64,000 bases of DNA from Selaginella moellendorffii (taxonomy: Eukaryota; Plantae; Lycopodiophyta), in contig NW_003314284.1 of the NCBI RefSeq assembly GCF_000143415.4, positions 496,001 to 560,000 of the forward strand, read 5' to 3'. The notes beneath the pieces are model-generated. The model saw nothing but the letters and a program-made list of their open reading frames with translations. It had not been told where the DNA came from and ran no database searches. The translations under genes and the position numbers were made by a program. Shown in pieces: positions 12,760-24,081 of the stretch (positions are counted from its first letter, which is position 1; every line of letters begins with the position of its first letter).

Positions 12760-15312
12760 CTAGAGATACCTCCGGTTTTCGGCAAGATTCATGGCGTGGA
12801 GCTTGATCCCCTTGATCCTCATCATCCGGCGGATCCTCTCGACGTCCTTGGTCCTCCCCACGGCCGCGTAGATGTGTGTCATTAGAAGATGCGTGGCCGG
12901 GCGCATTGGATCCAGCTCGAGCGCTCGATCGGCCGCCCTCTCGCCCCTCTCCACATCCACATGAACCCTACACGCGCCCAGGAGAGTGATCCACGCCACG
13001 GCGTCTGGACAGAAGGGCATGGTGTCGACCAGCTCCTCGCAGTCCCGGATCCTTCCGGCGCGGCCCAGGCAATCCACCAGGCAGCGGTAGTGCTCGATCT
13101 GTGGCGCCAGCTCGAAATCCTGGCTGATCCACCGGAAATATTCCCTGGCGTCCTCGACGCGGCCGGCGTGGCTGCACGCCCCCAGTACCTCGAGGAAGAT
13201 CACGTCGTCGGGCGGGGTTCCATCGAGCGCCATGGTGTGGAAGAGATCCAGGGCGGCGCGGCGCTGGCCGCTGTGCGCGTAGGCGCCGATGAGGCTGCTC
13301 CAGCTGATGCCATTGCGATCTGGCATGGAATCGAAGAAGCCCTGCGCGGCGGCGAAATTTCCCCTCCGGACGTGCGCGGCTATGAGGATGTTCGAGGAAA
13401 CCGAGTTGCGCTCAGGCATCTGCGAGAAGATCTCCATCACGGCCTCGAGCTCGCCGATCTCGGCGTAGGCGGCGATCATCGTGTTCCAGGACACCACCGA
13501 TCGCTCCGGCATGCGATCAAACATGGAGCGCGCCTCATCGATGAAACCCTCGTTTGCAAACGATGAGAACATTGCCGTCCAAGCGATGACGTTCCGTACC
13601 ACCAGCCCGTCAAAAACGACCTTGGCCTCCTCCAGATGCCCGTTTTGGGCAAATGCAACGATCATGGCGGTGCCACAGATGACGTCCTTGACGGGCACGG
13701 TGTCGTACAGCGCCCGCGCCATGTCCACCTCGCCCGCCTCGCCGTACGCCTGGATCATGGAAGTGGCCAGCGCCACGTCGTCGTACGGCAGGCGCTCGTA
13801 GTAGCGCCTCGCCTCCTCCAGATGCCCTGAGGCGGCATATCCCTTGGCCATCACCGCCACGGCCCACGACGAGATCTCCGTGAGGCTCTCGAATATTCTT
13901 CTTGCCTCCTCCATTCTCCCATTGTGCGCGTACACAGAGAGCATCACGTTGATGCACACCTTGTCCTTCTCGGGAATATCCCGGAACATTCGCTCCGCCG
14001 TGTCTAGGTGGCCGTTTAAACCGTACGCCTGGACCATCATCGAGTAAGAGGTTTGGTTGTGTACGGGCATGAGGTCGAAGAGATACTTGGCGTCTTCCAG
14101 CCTCCGGCTCTCACCATACCCGCCGACCATGGTATTCCACGCGACTATGGTCTTCTCGGGCATCCTCGAGAACAACCCGGCGGATTCGTCCACGTCACCG
14201 GCCTGGAAGTAGGCGGCAATTACCGCCGTCCAGCTCACGACGTCGCGCTCCGGCATCTCCTCGAATAATTCCCTCGACTCCTCCAGATGCCCCCGCTGGG
14301 CATGTGCCTGCACCATAGTCGTCCACGTCACGACGTCCTGGATGGGCATGGTATCGAACAGTCGCCGGGCCTCTAGCAGGTTGCCTTGCTGGCAGTAGCA
14401 CAGTATGAGGCTATTCCACGTCACGATATTTCTCTCGGGCATCCTGTCAAAGAGATCTCTCGCGCGGGTGATTTGCCCAGCGTTGGCATATGCGCCGAGC
14501 ATCGCGGTCCAGGATATAACGTCTTTGTCCCAGCCCTGGTGGAATATTCTCTCGGCCTCTTCCACATCGCCAGACTCCGCGAAGGCCTGGAGCATGGTGT
14601 TCCAGGTGATTCGATCACACTGGGGCATCTTTTGGAAGAGGATCTTCGCGTCGTCCAGGCGCCCGTTTTGGACGTAGGCCTGGACCATCCCCGTCCAGGT
14701 GATCACATTGCGCTGCGGCGCACGGTCGAAGAGATCCTTCGCTTGATCGAGCTCGCCGCTCTGGGCGTAGGCCGTGATCATCGCGTTCCAGGTGACGACG
14801 TTCTTGACGGGCGATCGATCGAAGAGGCGCTGGGCGTCGGCAAGGCGGCCGTGATTGGCGTAGGCCTTGATGATGATGTTCCAGGAGAAGGAATTCGGGT
14901 CGCGGATGCGATCGAAGACGAGCTGGGCATCGTCGAGGCTGCCGCATTTACCGTAGGCCTGGATGAGGAGATTGGCGAGGTAGACATTGTCGCGCCCGTC
15001 GCGCCCCTTGATCTCGAGGATCTCGCGGTGGACCTTCTGGGCGCCCGCGTAATCCCTGTTGTTGCCGCAGTCTCGGAGGATCTGCGCCTGGGCCTCGAGG
15101 AGATCGTTCTTGACGGCGATGTCGACCCTGGTGAGCGGCGATCTCGGGGCCAACTTGGTCTGGAGCGCTTTCCTCGCTAGATGCCCCACCTCGGCGTGAT
15201 CCGAGAGGGATTCCAGGTAGTGGCGCGGCAGCACAAGCATCAGCTTGCCCTTGTGCTTGCCAAATGACATGCGCGCCTCCGCGAGGCATTCCGGGGCCAC
15301 CGCCCCAAGCAT
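12760..15312 (-). CDS. PLS-class PPR protein with E domain (no DYW), carrying an N-terminal FGKHKG micro-domain
   Basis: Intronless 850 aa; many tandem 31-aa repeats (e.g. NVVTWNAMITAYAQSGELDQAKDLFDRAPQR); then ACSHAG, HYRCLVDCLGRAG, WITLLGACRVH E motifs. Confidence 0.95.
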   Translation of the reverse strand: MLGAVAPECLAEARMSFGKHKGKLMLVLPRHYLESLSDHAEVGHLARKALQTKLAPRSPLTRVDIAVKNDLLEAQAQILRDCGNNRDYAGAQKVHREILEIKGRDGRDNVYLANLLIQAYGKCGSLDDAQLVFDRIRDPNSFSWNIIIKAYANHGRLADAQRLFDRSPVKNVVTWNAMITAYAQSGELDQAKDLFDRAPQRNVITWTGMVQAYVQNGRLDDAKILFQKMPQCDRITWNTMLQAFAESGDVEEAERIFHQGWDKDVISWTAMLGAYANAGQITRARDLFDRMPERNIVTWNSLILCYCQQGNLLEARRLFDTMPIQDVVTWTTMVQAHAQRGHLEESRELFEEMPERDVVSWTAVIAAYFQAGDVDESAGLFSRMPEKTIVAWNTMVGGYGESRRLEDAKYLFDLMPVHNQTSYSMMVQAYGLNGHLDTAERMFRDIPEKDKVCINVMLSVYAHNGRMEEARRIFESLTEISSWAVAVMAKGYAASGHLEEARRYYERLPYDDVALATSMIQAYGEAGEVDMARALYDTVPVKDVICGTAMIVAFAQNGHLEEAKVVFDGLVVRNVIAWTAMFSSFANEGFIDEARSMFDRMPERSVVSWNTMIAAYAEIGELEAVMEIFSQMPERNSVSSNILIAAHVRRGNFAAAQGFFDSMPDRNGISWSSLIGAYAHSGQRRAALDLFHTMALDGTPPDDVIFLEVLGACSHAGRVEDAREYFRWISQDFELAPQIEHYRCLVDCLGRAGRIRDCEELVDTMPFCPDAVAWITLLGACRVHVDVERGERAADRALELDPMRPATHLLMTHIYAAVGRTKDVERIRRMMRIKGIKLHAMNLAENRRYL

Positions 15313-15378
15313 CGAAGAACCCTAAAACTCCATCCCGCCAAACTTTGTGTTTAAAAATTTAAAATACTTTTCGCGCAA

Positions 15379-17370
15379 ATGGAGTCTACCGTTGTAAATT
15401 CTCTTGCTTTGTCGCTGCGTGAGTGTAGAAGTGCGAGCGAGGGGAAACGCATCCACAGCCAGATCCAGTCCCTAGGGCACGGCCACGACCGGTATCTTGC
15501 GAATCTTCTCATCCAGATGTACGGAAGGTTCGCGAGGTCCCAAGAAGCGTACGAAGTCTTTGCTGGGATCAAGCAGCCCAATGTTTACTCGTGGAATATA
15601 ATGGTCAGTGCCTATGTCCAGTGTGGATTGATCTCGGAAGCTAAATCTATGTTTGATAGGATGCCGGAGCGTGACACTGTCTCGTGGAATGCGATTCTCG
15701 CGGCATATGCGCAACAAGGGCTTCTTGACGAGGCCGAGGAGATCTTTCAAGCTATTCCAAACCCTAACGGAGTGTCCTGGAACACACTTGTCAATGCCTA
15801 TTGTCAATTTGGAAACATCGAGAGGGCTGCCGAGATCTGGAGCGCAATGCCAAACAAGAACACTGTCTCCACATCCGCAATGGTTCTAGCATATGCCCAA
15901 CTTGGGCAGCTCAATTTTGCGGAGAGACTCTTTAAATCACTGCCGCAGAAGGATGTTTCGTGCTGGACAGCTCTACTGCTTGGTTACGCTCGTCATGGCC
16001 AGATTTCTCTTTGCAAGAAGTTCTTTGATCGAATGGAAGAGCGTGATATAGTTTCCTGGACTGTGATGCTTCAGGCATATGCCCAATCTGGGCATATCGA
16101 CGCTGCGAAGGATATCTTTTCCAGAATGCCCGACTGGAATCTAATCTCCTGGAATGCAATGCTTGCGGTATATGCCGAGAACGAGAGCCTGGAATCCACG
16201 CTTGCGTTCTTTGAAACACTAAAAGAGCGAGACATTGTGTCATGGAGCACGGTGCTGGGAGCATATGCGCAAAATCGGCCCGGCAAGCTCTATGACCTCC
16301 TAGAGACCGTACCAGAGCTCAACGTGGTGGCCACGACCACGGTGGTCCAGGGTTTTGGGCAGTACGGAGACGTGGTAAGCGCACGGCTGTGGTTCAAACG
16401 GATGCCGGAGCTCAACCTGGTTGCGTGGAGTACCATGGTACAGGTATATTCCCAGAATGGCTATGCTGACGAAGCGCGGGAGCTGTTTGCTAGGATGCCA
16501 GAGTGGGACGTGATTGCGTGGACGACGATGCTGGCGACAAGTGCCGCGTTTGACACCCTCGATGCCACCAAGGCAATTTTCTTTCACAAGATGCCAGCGT
16601 GGAATATGGTGGTGTGGAACACGATGCTCGTGGCGCTCGCCCAGAAGCGCCACGTGGAGGAGGCCCAAAGCCTGCTGGACAGGATGCCGGACAGGGACGT
16701 GGTGTCGTACACCACCATGGTGACGGCATATTCGCAGGAGATGGACGTCCTGGGCGCAAAGCATGCCTTCGATTCCATGCCCGAGAGGAATCTGGTATCT
16801 TGGAACGCCATGGTGGCCGCATATGCCCTGAATGGCAATGTGATTGGCTGCCGGCGTTTGTTCGACGCGATGCCGTCCAGGGACGTGGTGTCGTGGACGG
16901 CTGTGATCACCGCGTTTGCTCATTGTGGCGAGGGCGAGAAAGCCCTCGATCTGTTCTTGGCCATGGCGCTCGAGGGATGCGATCCAAATGAGGTGACATT
17001 CCGGAGCGTCTTGAGCGCCTGCGCCTACATCGGCTCCGTGGATCGCAGCAGGGATTTCTTTCTTCTCGTGACAGGGGACTTTGGGATCGCGCCGGGCAGG
17101 GATCACTTCGTCTACATGATCGATATCTTCGGCCGTGGCGGGCAGCTGGAGAATGCCGAGGAATTGCTGCGCGCGATGCCGTTTGCGCCGGATGCTCTGG
17201 TTTGTAGGGTCTTGCTGGCGTCTTGCCGATCGCATTACGATTTGTGTCGGACAGGGCGGATTGCGGATCGAGCGCTGAGGCTAGATCCTCGCACCGGATC
17301 GACGTATGTGCTGCTGGCAAATCTGTCCAAGAGCGTTTTTAAAATGGGAATTGGCGGCATAGTAACTTAG
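15379..17370 (+). CDS. PLS-class PPR protein with truncated E domain (no DYW)
   Basis: Intronless 663 aa; tandem 31-aa repeats (DTVSWNAILAAYAQQG...); LSACAYIG, HFVYMIDIFGRGG, LLASCRSH, YVLLANL. Confidence 0.95.
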   Translation: MESTVVNSLALSLRECRSASEGKRIHSQIQSLGHGHDRYLANLLIQMYGRFARSQEAYEVFAGIKQPNVYSWNIMVSAYVQCGLISEAKSMFDRMPERDTVSWNAILAAYAQQGLLDEAEEIFQAIPNPNGVSWNTLVNAYCQFGNIERAAEIWSAMPNKNTVSTSAMVLAYAQLGQLNFAERLFKSLPQKDVSCWTALLLGYARHGQISLCKKFFDRMEERDIVSWTVMLQAYAQSGHIDAAKDIFSRMPDWNLISWNAMLAVYAENESLESTLAFFETLKERDIVSWSTVLGAYAQNRPGKLYDLLETVPELNVVATTTVVQGFGQYGDVVSARLWFKRMPELNLVAWSTMVQVYSQNGYADEARELFARMPEWDVIAWTTMLATSAAFDTLDATKAIFFHKMPAWNMVVWNTMLVALAQKRHVEEAQSLLDRMPDRDVVSYTTMVTAYSQEMDVLGAKHAFDSMPERNLVSWNAMVAAYALNGNVIGCRRLFDAMPSRDVVSWTAVITAFAHCGEGEKALDLFLAMALEGCDPNEVTFRSVLSACAYIGSVDRSRDFFLLVTGDFGIAPGRDHFVYMIDIFGRGGQLENAEELLRAMPFAPDALVCRVLLASCRSHYDLCRTGRIADRALRLDPRTGSTYVLLANLSKSVFKMGIGGIVT

Positions 17371-17520
17371 CAGTTCCAAGGTTTGGTTTTGACTCATTAT
17401 TTGCAAGGTTTGCTTTTGTTTTTTATTGAAAATCAGCTGTGCTTACGAAAGCTTCCACTATCGATAGGTAAGGTTTGATGACAGGCAAGGCTTACAACCT
17501 CGCAACGTTTGGAGAGACTT

Positions 17521-18186
17521 TCAAGTCAAGGCGATGAGGTCTCTCAGCTTCTGGATGAGAGCACGGTCGTCAATCTGGAACGCTTTCGCGATCACGTCGT
17601 CGTTGATTGGAGGATTGGAAGCAAACACCGCCTTGGCCACCTGAGACGCCCCGGGGTTCTGGCTGTTGAAGCCAGCGAGCCCAACCGCAGGCTCCTCTCC
17701 CACATTGAGCTGGAAGTGGATGAGCCCCCGAGGGAAGACGAAAAGATCCCCTGGATTGAGCTTTTGGGCGAAGAGCTTGTTGTCCGGCAAGGTGGTGACG
17801 AACCCGACGTAGAGGGTCCCGTGCAGGACGAAGAGCAGCTCGGTTCCTCGGGGGTGGACGTGGGGGGGATTGGTGCCGCCGGGAGCGTAGTCGATGCGGG
17901 CAAAAGCGACGCCAAAGGTGTTGAGACCGGGGAAATTGTTGACGCTCGCCAGCGTGACGTTGGAGCCGAGCTTGTTGACGGTGTTCCCGGCAGTCGCCAG
18001 GAGGCTCGACTTGAAGTCCTCGGCTTTGACATCGTCGGCCGCCTTGCAGACGAAGCCGTTCACCTTGATCTTGGAGGAATTGTCCGCAACGCAAAAGTCC
18101 TGCAGCAGATCTTCATCCGCGGCATGCACCAACAAGATGGAGCTGATTGCTAGGAGGAAGGATAGAACAAAACGAAGATGAGCCAT
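17521..18186 (-). CDS. Germin-like protein (cupin), copy 1
   Basis: Signal peptide, DEDLLQDFCVAD, germin box NPPHVHPRGTE and FPRGLIHFQ; intronless. Confidence 0.97.
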   Translation of the reverse strand: MAHLRFVLSFLLAISSILLVHAADEDLLQDFCVADNSSKIKVNGFVCKAADDVKAEDFKSSLLATAGNTVNKLGSNVTLASVNNFPGLNTFGVAFARIDYAPGGTNPPHVHPRGTELLFVLHGTLYVGFVTTLPDNKLFAQKLNPGDLFVFPRGLIHFQLNVGEEPAVGLAGFNSQNPGASQVAKAVFASNPPINDDVIAKAFQIDDRALIQKLRDLIALT

Positions 18187-18402
18187 CTTGCGAGCTTGGG
18201 AAAGAAGTGATGGAGCTATGGGGGGGAGGGGCAGCCATTTAATAGCCGGAGGAGGGGAGCTTTGGATGACTTCGTCGAGAGTCGTGCACGAGTTTTTTCA
18301 GTCAGGTACACTTCTCTTCCCTTCTATTTCATTTTTTACTCTTGCTGTCTGCGTACCACAATCTGATTTTCTTCCTGCCTAGTCAGTCGTCTCGGACGTT
18401 TT

Positions 18403-20964
18403 CTTGCCTGCGTCAGACATGACGCCGTCAGAGTCGTATTTTTTATGTGTAGAAAATGACGACCTTGGTTTTGATGGTAGGTACTTGTCCCTCTTATATG
18501 ACCCGGTGAAACTTGGAATTTGAGGTGATAGTGCACCAATTTGCTTTTTACCTTCTTTCCAGAGACTTTTTGCCAGGGACGTATGGATTTTCTTTTTGAT
18601 GCCAATAACTTGAATAAGAATTTCATCCGAGGAAAGGTGTACCATTTGATACTCCCAAGGCTCAAACTACCGACAAGACTCACATGTTTGGAAATTTAAT
18701 ATGAATTACCCTGATAGAAATGACGTACTTTGATCGATAGACCCATAAAGTTTCGTTCATTTTGCATCAACAATGGACCGTACACAATCGTTCATGCTGA
18801 CACTATAATAGTAATACATGTCTTTCGGCCCGTATGGAGGCATAAGGCCACTGGGACCAAGGGGGAGAACTACCTGTTTCCTTTGGCAGATTTGCTACCA
18901 ACTTTGCAACCCCAGGCGGATTCCTCGGGGATGGACGGACTTGCAGCCCTCGGGTTTGACGTCCCGTTCTCCTTGATCTTGGCAGCATTGTCCAAAAGCC
19001 CTGTAGCATGTCTTCGTCCCCGACTGGCGAAGTGAGCATGACGCTTCTCCAACCACGAAGACGAACAATCTTCGGAGGGCTTCTAGAACTATTGTGGCTG
19101 AACCTGGTCATCTTTAAGTCTAGGTTCTAGGGATTCGTATATCTCACCAACTTTTAGCACGATGCAAACAAGTCATATACTCTAGGAGCAAATGAAGAAA
19201 AGTTTTTTTGGAAAGAGTACAACCATGTGCAAACTAAAGGAAGATATTATCTATATATATAATAATATCCATTAGTAGCTTTATGATAAGTTTTTTTTCA
19301 ATAATAAAAGGAGACTTGAACCATGTTATATGGCAGATCACTGATGCAAATTGTATTCTTGAGTTTGTGATAGAGTAGCATATCAAGTATGTTTGACTAA
19401 AGGACAATTTAGGATCCCCTTTCTTAATGCCCTTTCGGTCTAAATGCAGATGTGATGATCAGTTTCTCAACTAGTTTAAGTAAAAATTTAATAAAGGGTC
19501 AAAAAATATTAACTTCTTATTATCATAGTAGTAAGGAAAAAATATCCAAAAAGACTAACTGACAGAAAAAAACTAGACAAAGATAAACCAATTGTTTAAA
19601 ACTCAACAAGAGTCCGAGTTGTGTTCATCAATTGTTAAACTTATTATATTTTCTTTATGACATAAACAGGCATTTTATTTATAAATTATTTGAAATTTTA
19701 TTGATTTTTATTCTAGAGGATTTTAAATATGATCATATATAATATATTCATTAAATGGATGATTTTTTTATGATGAGTTACATTAAATTGTTTTGTGTTA
19801 ATGCTTGGTTTGTTTACTTATCTTTTCTAAATATTCAAAAAGTTAGAAATAATATTTTCCTATTCTCGTTTTTACAAGATAATATATTAATTCCATTTTT
19901 TTCCAGATTAAATCACCCTAGATAGCTTAAAAGTGTGATTTAACCTTTTTTGTCATTCACTTCTTTGATTTGCTGTGGTGTTGTGTTTGCATACATTACA
20001 GAGACTAAGTGAAACTTCAAATTCTATGGGGAAAAAGAGGAATGGTGAGGAAAAGACCTGGAATCTCAAGCTTTTTAATAGTATATATAGTTGTGATTAT
20101 TTACTGCAATGAAGGAAAATTTATAATTTATAAATACAAGATTAGTCTGAGAACATATTAACTTTTATATAGTAGAATAAGCTAAAATAAACTCGGAATT
20201 CTATAAACGATAAGAAGGGTCAAAATTATAAATACAAGATTAATGAATAAAACTGTTTGATGGTAGAATATCCCAGAAAACGCAAGTATATTCTAGTTAT
20301 ATCCACTACCACAAGTAAACCAAAAACTATTTACATGCAACAACCAAAAGTTTATATTGTGTATGATCAGAAACATTTAGTATACAAGCTACAACATTCA
20401 TTTTATGGTTTTAAATTACTTCTCTAAAATTGAGTCGAATTTACATGGCAATATGGTGCTAATTGTAATATTTTTAAGAAACACCATTTTCTTTTGTTGA
20501 ATTATTATAATAAAAAATTATTCAAATTAGAAAAAGAAATCTCAAATTCGTTGAAATCAATCTTTCTAAATGTTCTGATGTTTTGTGCTAATGATTGTTT
20601 TGTAAACCACAATCAATTTCAAAATATACGTTTTGGAATATCAATATACGTTAGCAAGGGTATTCGGCCTTACTGCTTATTAGAAGCAACTAAAAATACC
20701 TTAAAGGGCATTATTAATTATGCCATTATGGCATTATCAAATATCACCATATAAGTCTTGTTCAGCTATTGATTTCAAAACATAATGTCATGTAGTTTAA
20801 TTGGATATCAACATCAGTTCTCTCTTAATTTCAACAGTGAAAACTTTCTCCTTGGAGCAACCAGATGACACAATTGCCTGCAACATTTATATAAATTAAC
20901 TTAACCAAATTCCCATGGGTGATACAAATGGACGACTTTGACGGCTTCATCAGACGCAGGTAAG
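18403..20964. mobile_element. Putative non-autonomous TIR element or inversion-bounded segment, AT-rich interior
   Basis: ~40-bp imperfect inverted repeats: cttgcctgcgtcagacatgacgccgtcagagtcgt (18403-) and acgactttgacggcttcatcagacgcaggtaag (-20964). No target-site duplication identified. Confidence 0.45.
18935..19040 (-). pseudogene. Germin-like pseudogene fragment (5' part)
   Basis: Minus strand reads gacgaagacatgctacagggcttttg/gacaatgctgccaagatcaaggagaacgg/gacgtcaaacccgagggctgcaagtc, i.e. DEDMLQGF..DNAAKIKENG..DVKPEGCKS. This matches copy 2 (DEDMLQDFCVADNASKIKVNG...DVKAEDFKS) with deletions and frameshifts. Confidence 0.8.
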
Positions 20965-21363
20965 CCAGTGGATCAAGAAGGATCAAAGTTTTGTCCCTTG
21001 AATCTCTGTCACGAGCAGCGTTAACAAGTAAAATCCATTACTTCTATGTAATTGCTTATGTGGAATAGTTTATTTTTTGGCAAATTTGCTACCAACTTCA
21101 GTGCAGTTTTGGTTAATGCTCTTTAAAACCGTCTGGTGCTCTCAGAAAATGGTGCACTATAAATTTGGCCATATTGTAGGCATTGGACTTCTAGAAGTTT
21201 TGCTTTGCATGGGAGATTGTTGCGATCAAAAGCTGAAGTAATCTACCAAGGCCAATGCAAGTGACTCAAATTCTCAATGTTTATATTGCACATTTAAAAT
21301 GAAACGATCTTATGGCTTCAGGTTTATTAATAAAAATCTCTAATAATAGAATCAACGAAACAT

Positions 21364-22035
21364 TCAAGTCATGCTGATGAGCTCTCTCAGCTTCTGGATG
21401 AGACCACGGTCATCAATCTGGAACGCCTTGGCGATCACGTCGTCGTTGATGGGAGGATTAGAATCAAACACCGCCCTGGCCACTTGAGACGTCCCGGGGT
21501 TCTGGCTGTTGAAGCCAGTGAGCGCGACCGCAGGCTCCTCTCCCACATTGAGCTGGAAGTGGATGAGTCCCCGAGGGAAGACGAAAAGATCCCCTGGATT
21601 GAGCTTTTGGGCGAAGAGTTTGTTGTCCGGCAAGGTGGTGACGAATCCGACGTAGAGGGTCCCATGCAGGAGGAAGAGCAGCTCGGTTCCTCGGGGATGG
21701 ACGTGGGGGGGATTGGTGCCGCCGGGAGCGTAGTCGATGCGGGCAAGAGCGACGCCAAAGGTGTTGAGACCGGGGAAATTGGAGACGCTCGCCAGCGTGA
21801 CGTTGGAGCCGAGCTTGTTGTCGGTGTTCCCGGGAGTCGCCAGGAGGCTCGACTTGAAGTCCTCGGCTTTCACATCCTCAGCCGCCTTGCAGATGACGCC
21901 GTTCACCTTGATCTTGGAGGCATTGTCCGCAACACAAAAGTCCTGCAGCATATCTTCATCCGCTGCCTGCACAAGAAGCGAGGATGAAATGGTGGCAACT
22001 AGAGCGAAAGCAAGGGCGGTGCTAAGACGAGCCAT
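21364..22035 (-). CDS. Germin-like protein (cupin), copy 2, tandem paralogue
   Basis: Mature region nearly identical to copy 1; different signal peptide; ATG at 22035. Confidence 0.97.
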   Translation of the reverse strand: MARLSTALAFALVATISSSLLVQAADEDMLQDFCVADNASKIKVNGVICKAAEDVKAEDFKSSLLATPGNTDNKLGSNVTLASVSNFPGLNTFGVALARIDYAPGGTNPPHVHPRGTELLFLLHGTLYVGFVTTLPDNKLFAQKLNPGDLFVFPRGLIHFQLNVGEEPAVALTGFNSQNPGTSQVARAVFDSNPPINDDVIAKAFQIDDRGLIQKLRELISMT

Positions 22036-22411
22036 TCTAAAAGACAATCTTCGCAAAGGGATTCATCCAGCTTCGGGGCTTTTTATAAGGGATTTGTGAG
22101 TGGAGGTGGCTGCGATCTTCTAGAATTGGGTATTGTGTCTGGACCCGGTCGTAATGGTGGCATGGTCTTCAGGTCTAATTCTAGCAGTGGTGGATTCATT
22201 CCGCTTTGATTATGTCATGAGACTCTCCCACCAACTTTCGCATGATCTGGCAGAGGAAATTTGAACACGGTGCGGGAGGGAAAACGGTTCAAAAAGGCTC
22301 AGATCCCGTGACCGTAAAAGTTGCAAAAGATAAAAAAGCAAACGAGTCATAGCTACGTTGTACGTCCAGATTTTATGTATATTCTCTTCCAGATGTGAGT
22401 GTCTTTCTAGC

Positions 22412-24081
22412 ATGGCAGCAACACCGGGAACAGAGCAAGGAGCAAACAAAGAAAAGCTTTCAGATGTCCTGCAGAGAGATTGCTTGCAGGATGAGCACGA
22501 CGAGGCAGCCCAGCAGCAGGCCAAGAGTTGGAGACACTTCACTGACAAGATTGTGCAACTCCGTTTTTGCATGAGATCACTGGCGAAGAAGATTGCAACC
22601 AAGTTTCAGAGAGTTCACAGCCAGGTCTGCGCGGAATGTAGGTGTGAGAACCAGCAGGTGCCGCAGCCGAGATTCATATTCCGTGTTGTGGAATCCACGA
22701 AGTCCGCGAGCATGCGGGTGTTCTCGAGAAACAGTAGCAGTGGCGCCGGGGATTCCTCGAGAACTGTCAGGCTTGCAACGATGAACGTCGCAATGTTCTC
22801 GTTAGCTTCTGCTGTTCCAGGTAACAAGTCTCAAACCTTATACTTTCATGCAGAAGATCTAGATCTCTCATCAGGCAACGTTTCGTGCACTCTTTTGAAT
22901 CATGCAACGTTGGAAGGATACTCCAGCATGGATTGCTACAATCCCACATTTGGATCTTGCCCAACGCCGCCGCTTGGTGCGCTCTTGCTGGAACCGATCA
23001 GTCCGCCAGCAGACCAAGTCGAAGCCGAGGCGATTGCAACCGTTTTCGCGCACCACCACCGCTCGAAGGTGAATCCGGCCTTCAGCCCAAACCCGTTCTA
23101 CAGCTTCCACTCGAGCCCCTGCATCGAGCTGGGCACCCCGCTCTTCGCGAAGAGCTTCCACAAGGCCTCGGTGTTTGAAGTGCTGAGAGACTCCAAGGCG
23201 GACTTGATAGCGCTCCAGGAAGTCCGGGCCGAGGAGGAGAAAGGCATGTCGCCGCTGACGGACCTGGCCGAAGCACTGGGCATGCACTACGCTTACGCGG
23301 AGAGCTGGGCGCCGGAGTTTGGAAACGCGATACTTTCCCGGTGGCCCATCAAGAGTACGAGCGTCAAGAGGATATACAACTCTTCGGACTACAGGCAAGC
23401 ACCACTCTGGAGATCTTGAGTGAATAGCTCTGAAACTCTCGATTGCTTTCTCACAGGAACTTGCTCAAAGTGGTGGTGGACGTGCCATCGTTTGGAGAGG
23501 TTTGCTACTGCTGCACTCACCTCGACCATCTGGACGAGGACTGGAGGATCAAACAGGTCTCGGCCATACTGGAGGACACGAAAAAGGTGCCGCATTTTCT
23601 AGCCGGCGACCTTAACTCTCTCAACCGGCCAGACTACTCCCAGGAGCGCTGGGCCGAGATAGCCAAGGCAAGCTCTTTCTTCCAAGCTTGCCAGGTTACG
23701 TGAAGACTCCATGATCCTTGCTTTCTCGCTGTGTTTCCAGCTGCGAGCGGAGAACAGGAAAATGGCTCCCAGGTCTGATGTTATGGAGAGATTGCTGGTC
23801 GAGAAAGGTTACATGGATTCTTGCGCGGTGGCCTCTCCGGAAATTCCAGCACTGGTTCGCGGCCAAGGTGGGAACCCTTCGCACTCTTCTTACTTTGTAA
23901 CGCTGCTCGTGAGTTTTAACACACAGAGATTCAAGGGACTTGCAAGCACAACACGCGGATCGACTATATACTCGCGTCACCACATCTTCAGTACAGATTT
24001 ATCCCGGGCTCATACAAAGTGGTGTCCTCTAGAGGTACCTCAGATCACCACCTTGTCACTGTTGACATTGGGTGGTCGTAA
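22412..24081 (+). CDS. Endonuclease/exonuclease/phosphatase (DNase I-like) family protein
   Basis: ATMNVAMFS, DLIALQEV, ESWAPEFGNAILSRWP, CTHLDH, LAGDLN, TRIDYIL, SDHHLV motifs. Introns 23395-23456 and 23668-23740 (GC donors) plus one GT intron near 23868-23928. Confidence 0.92.

Noticed and set aside
12889-18153. Long alternative-frame and antisense ORFs over the PPR and germin genes
   Set aside because: Expected from high GC3 codon bias; no recognisable protein motifs.
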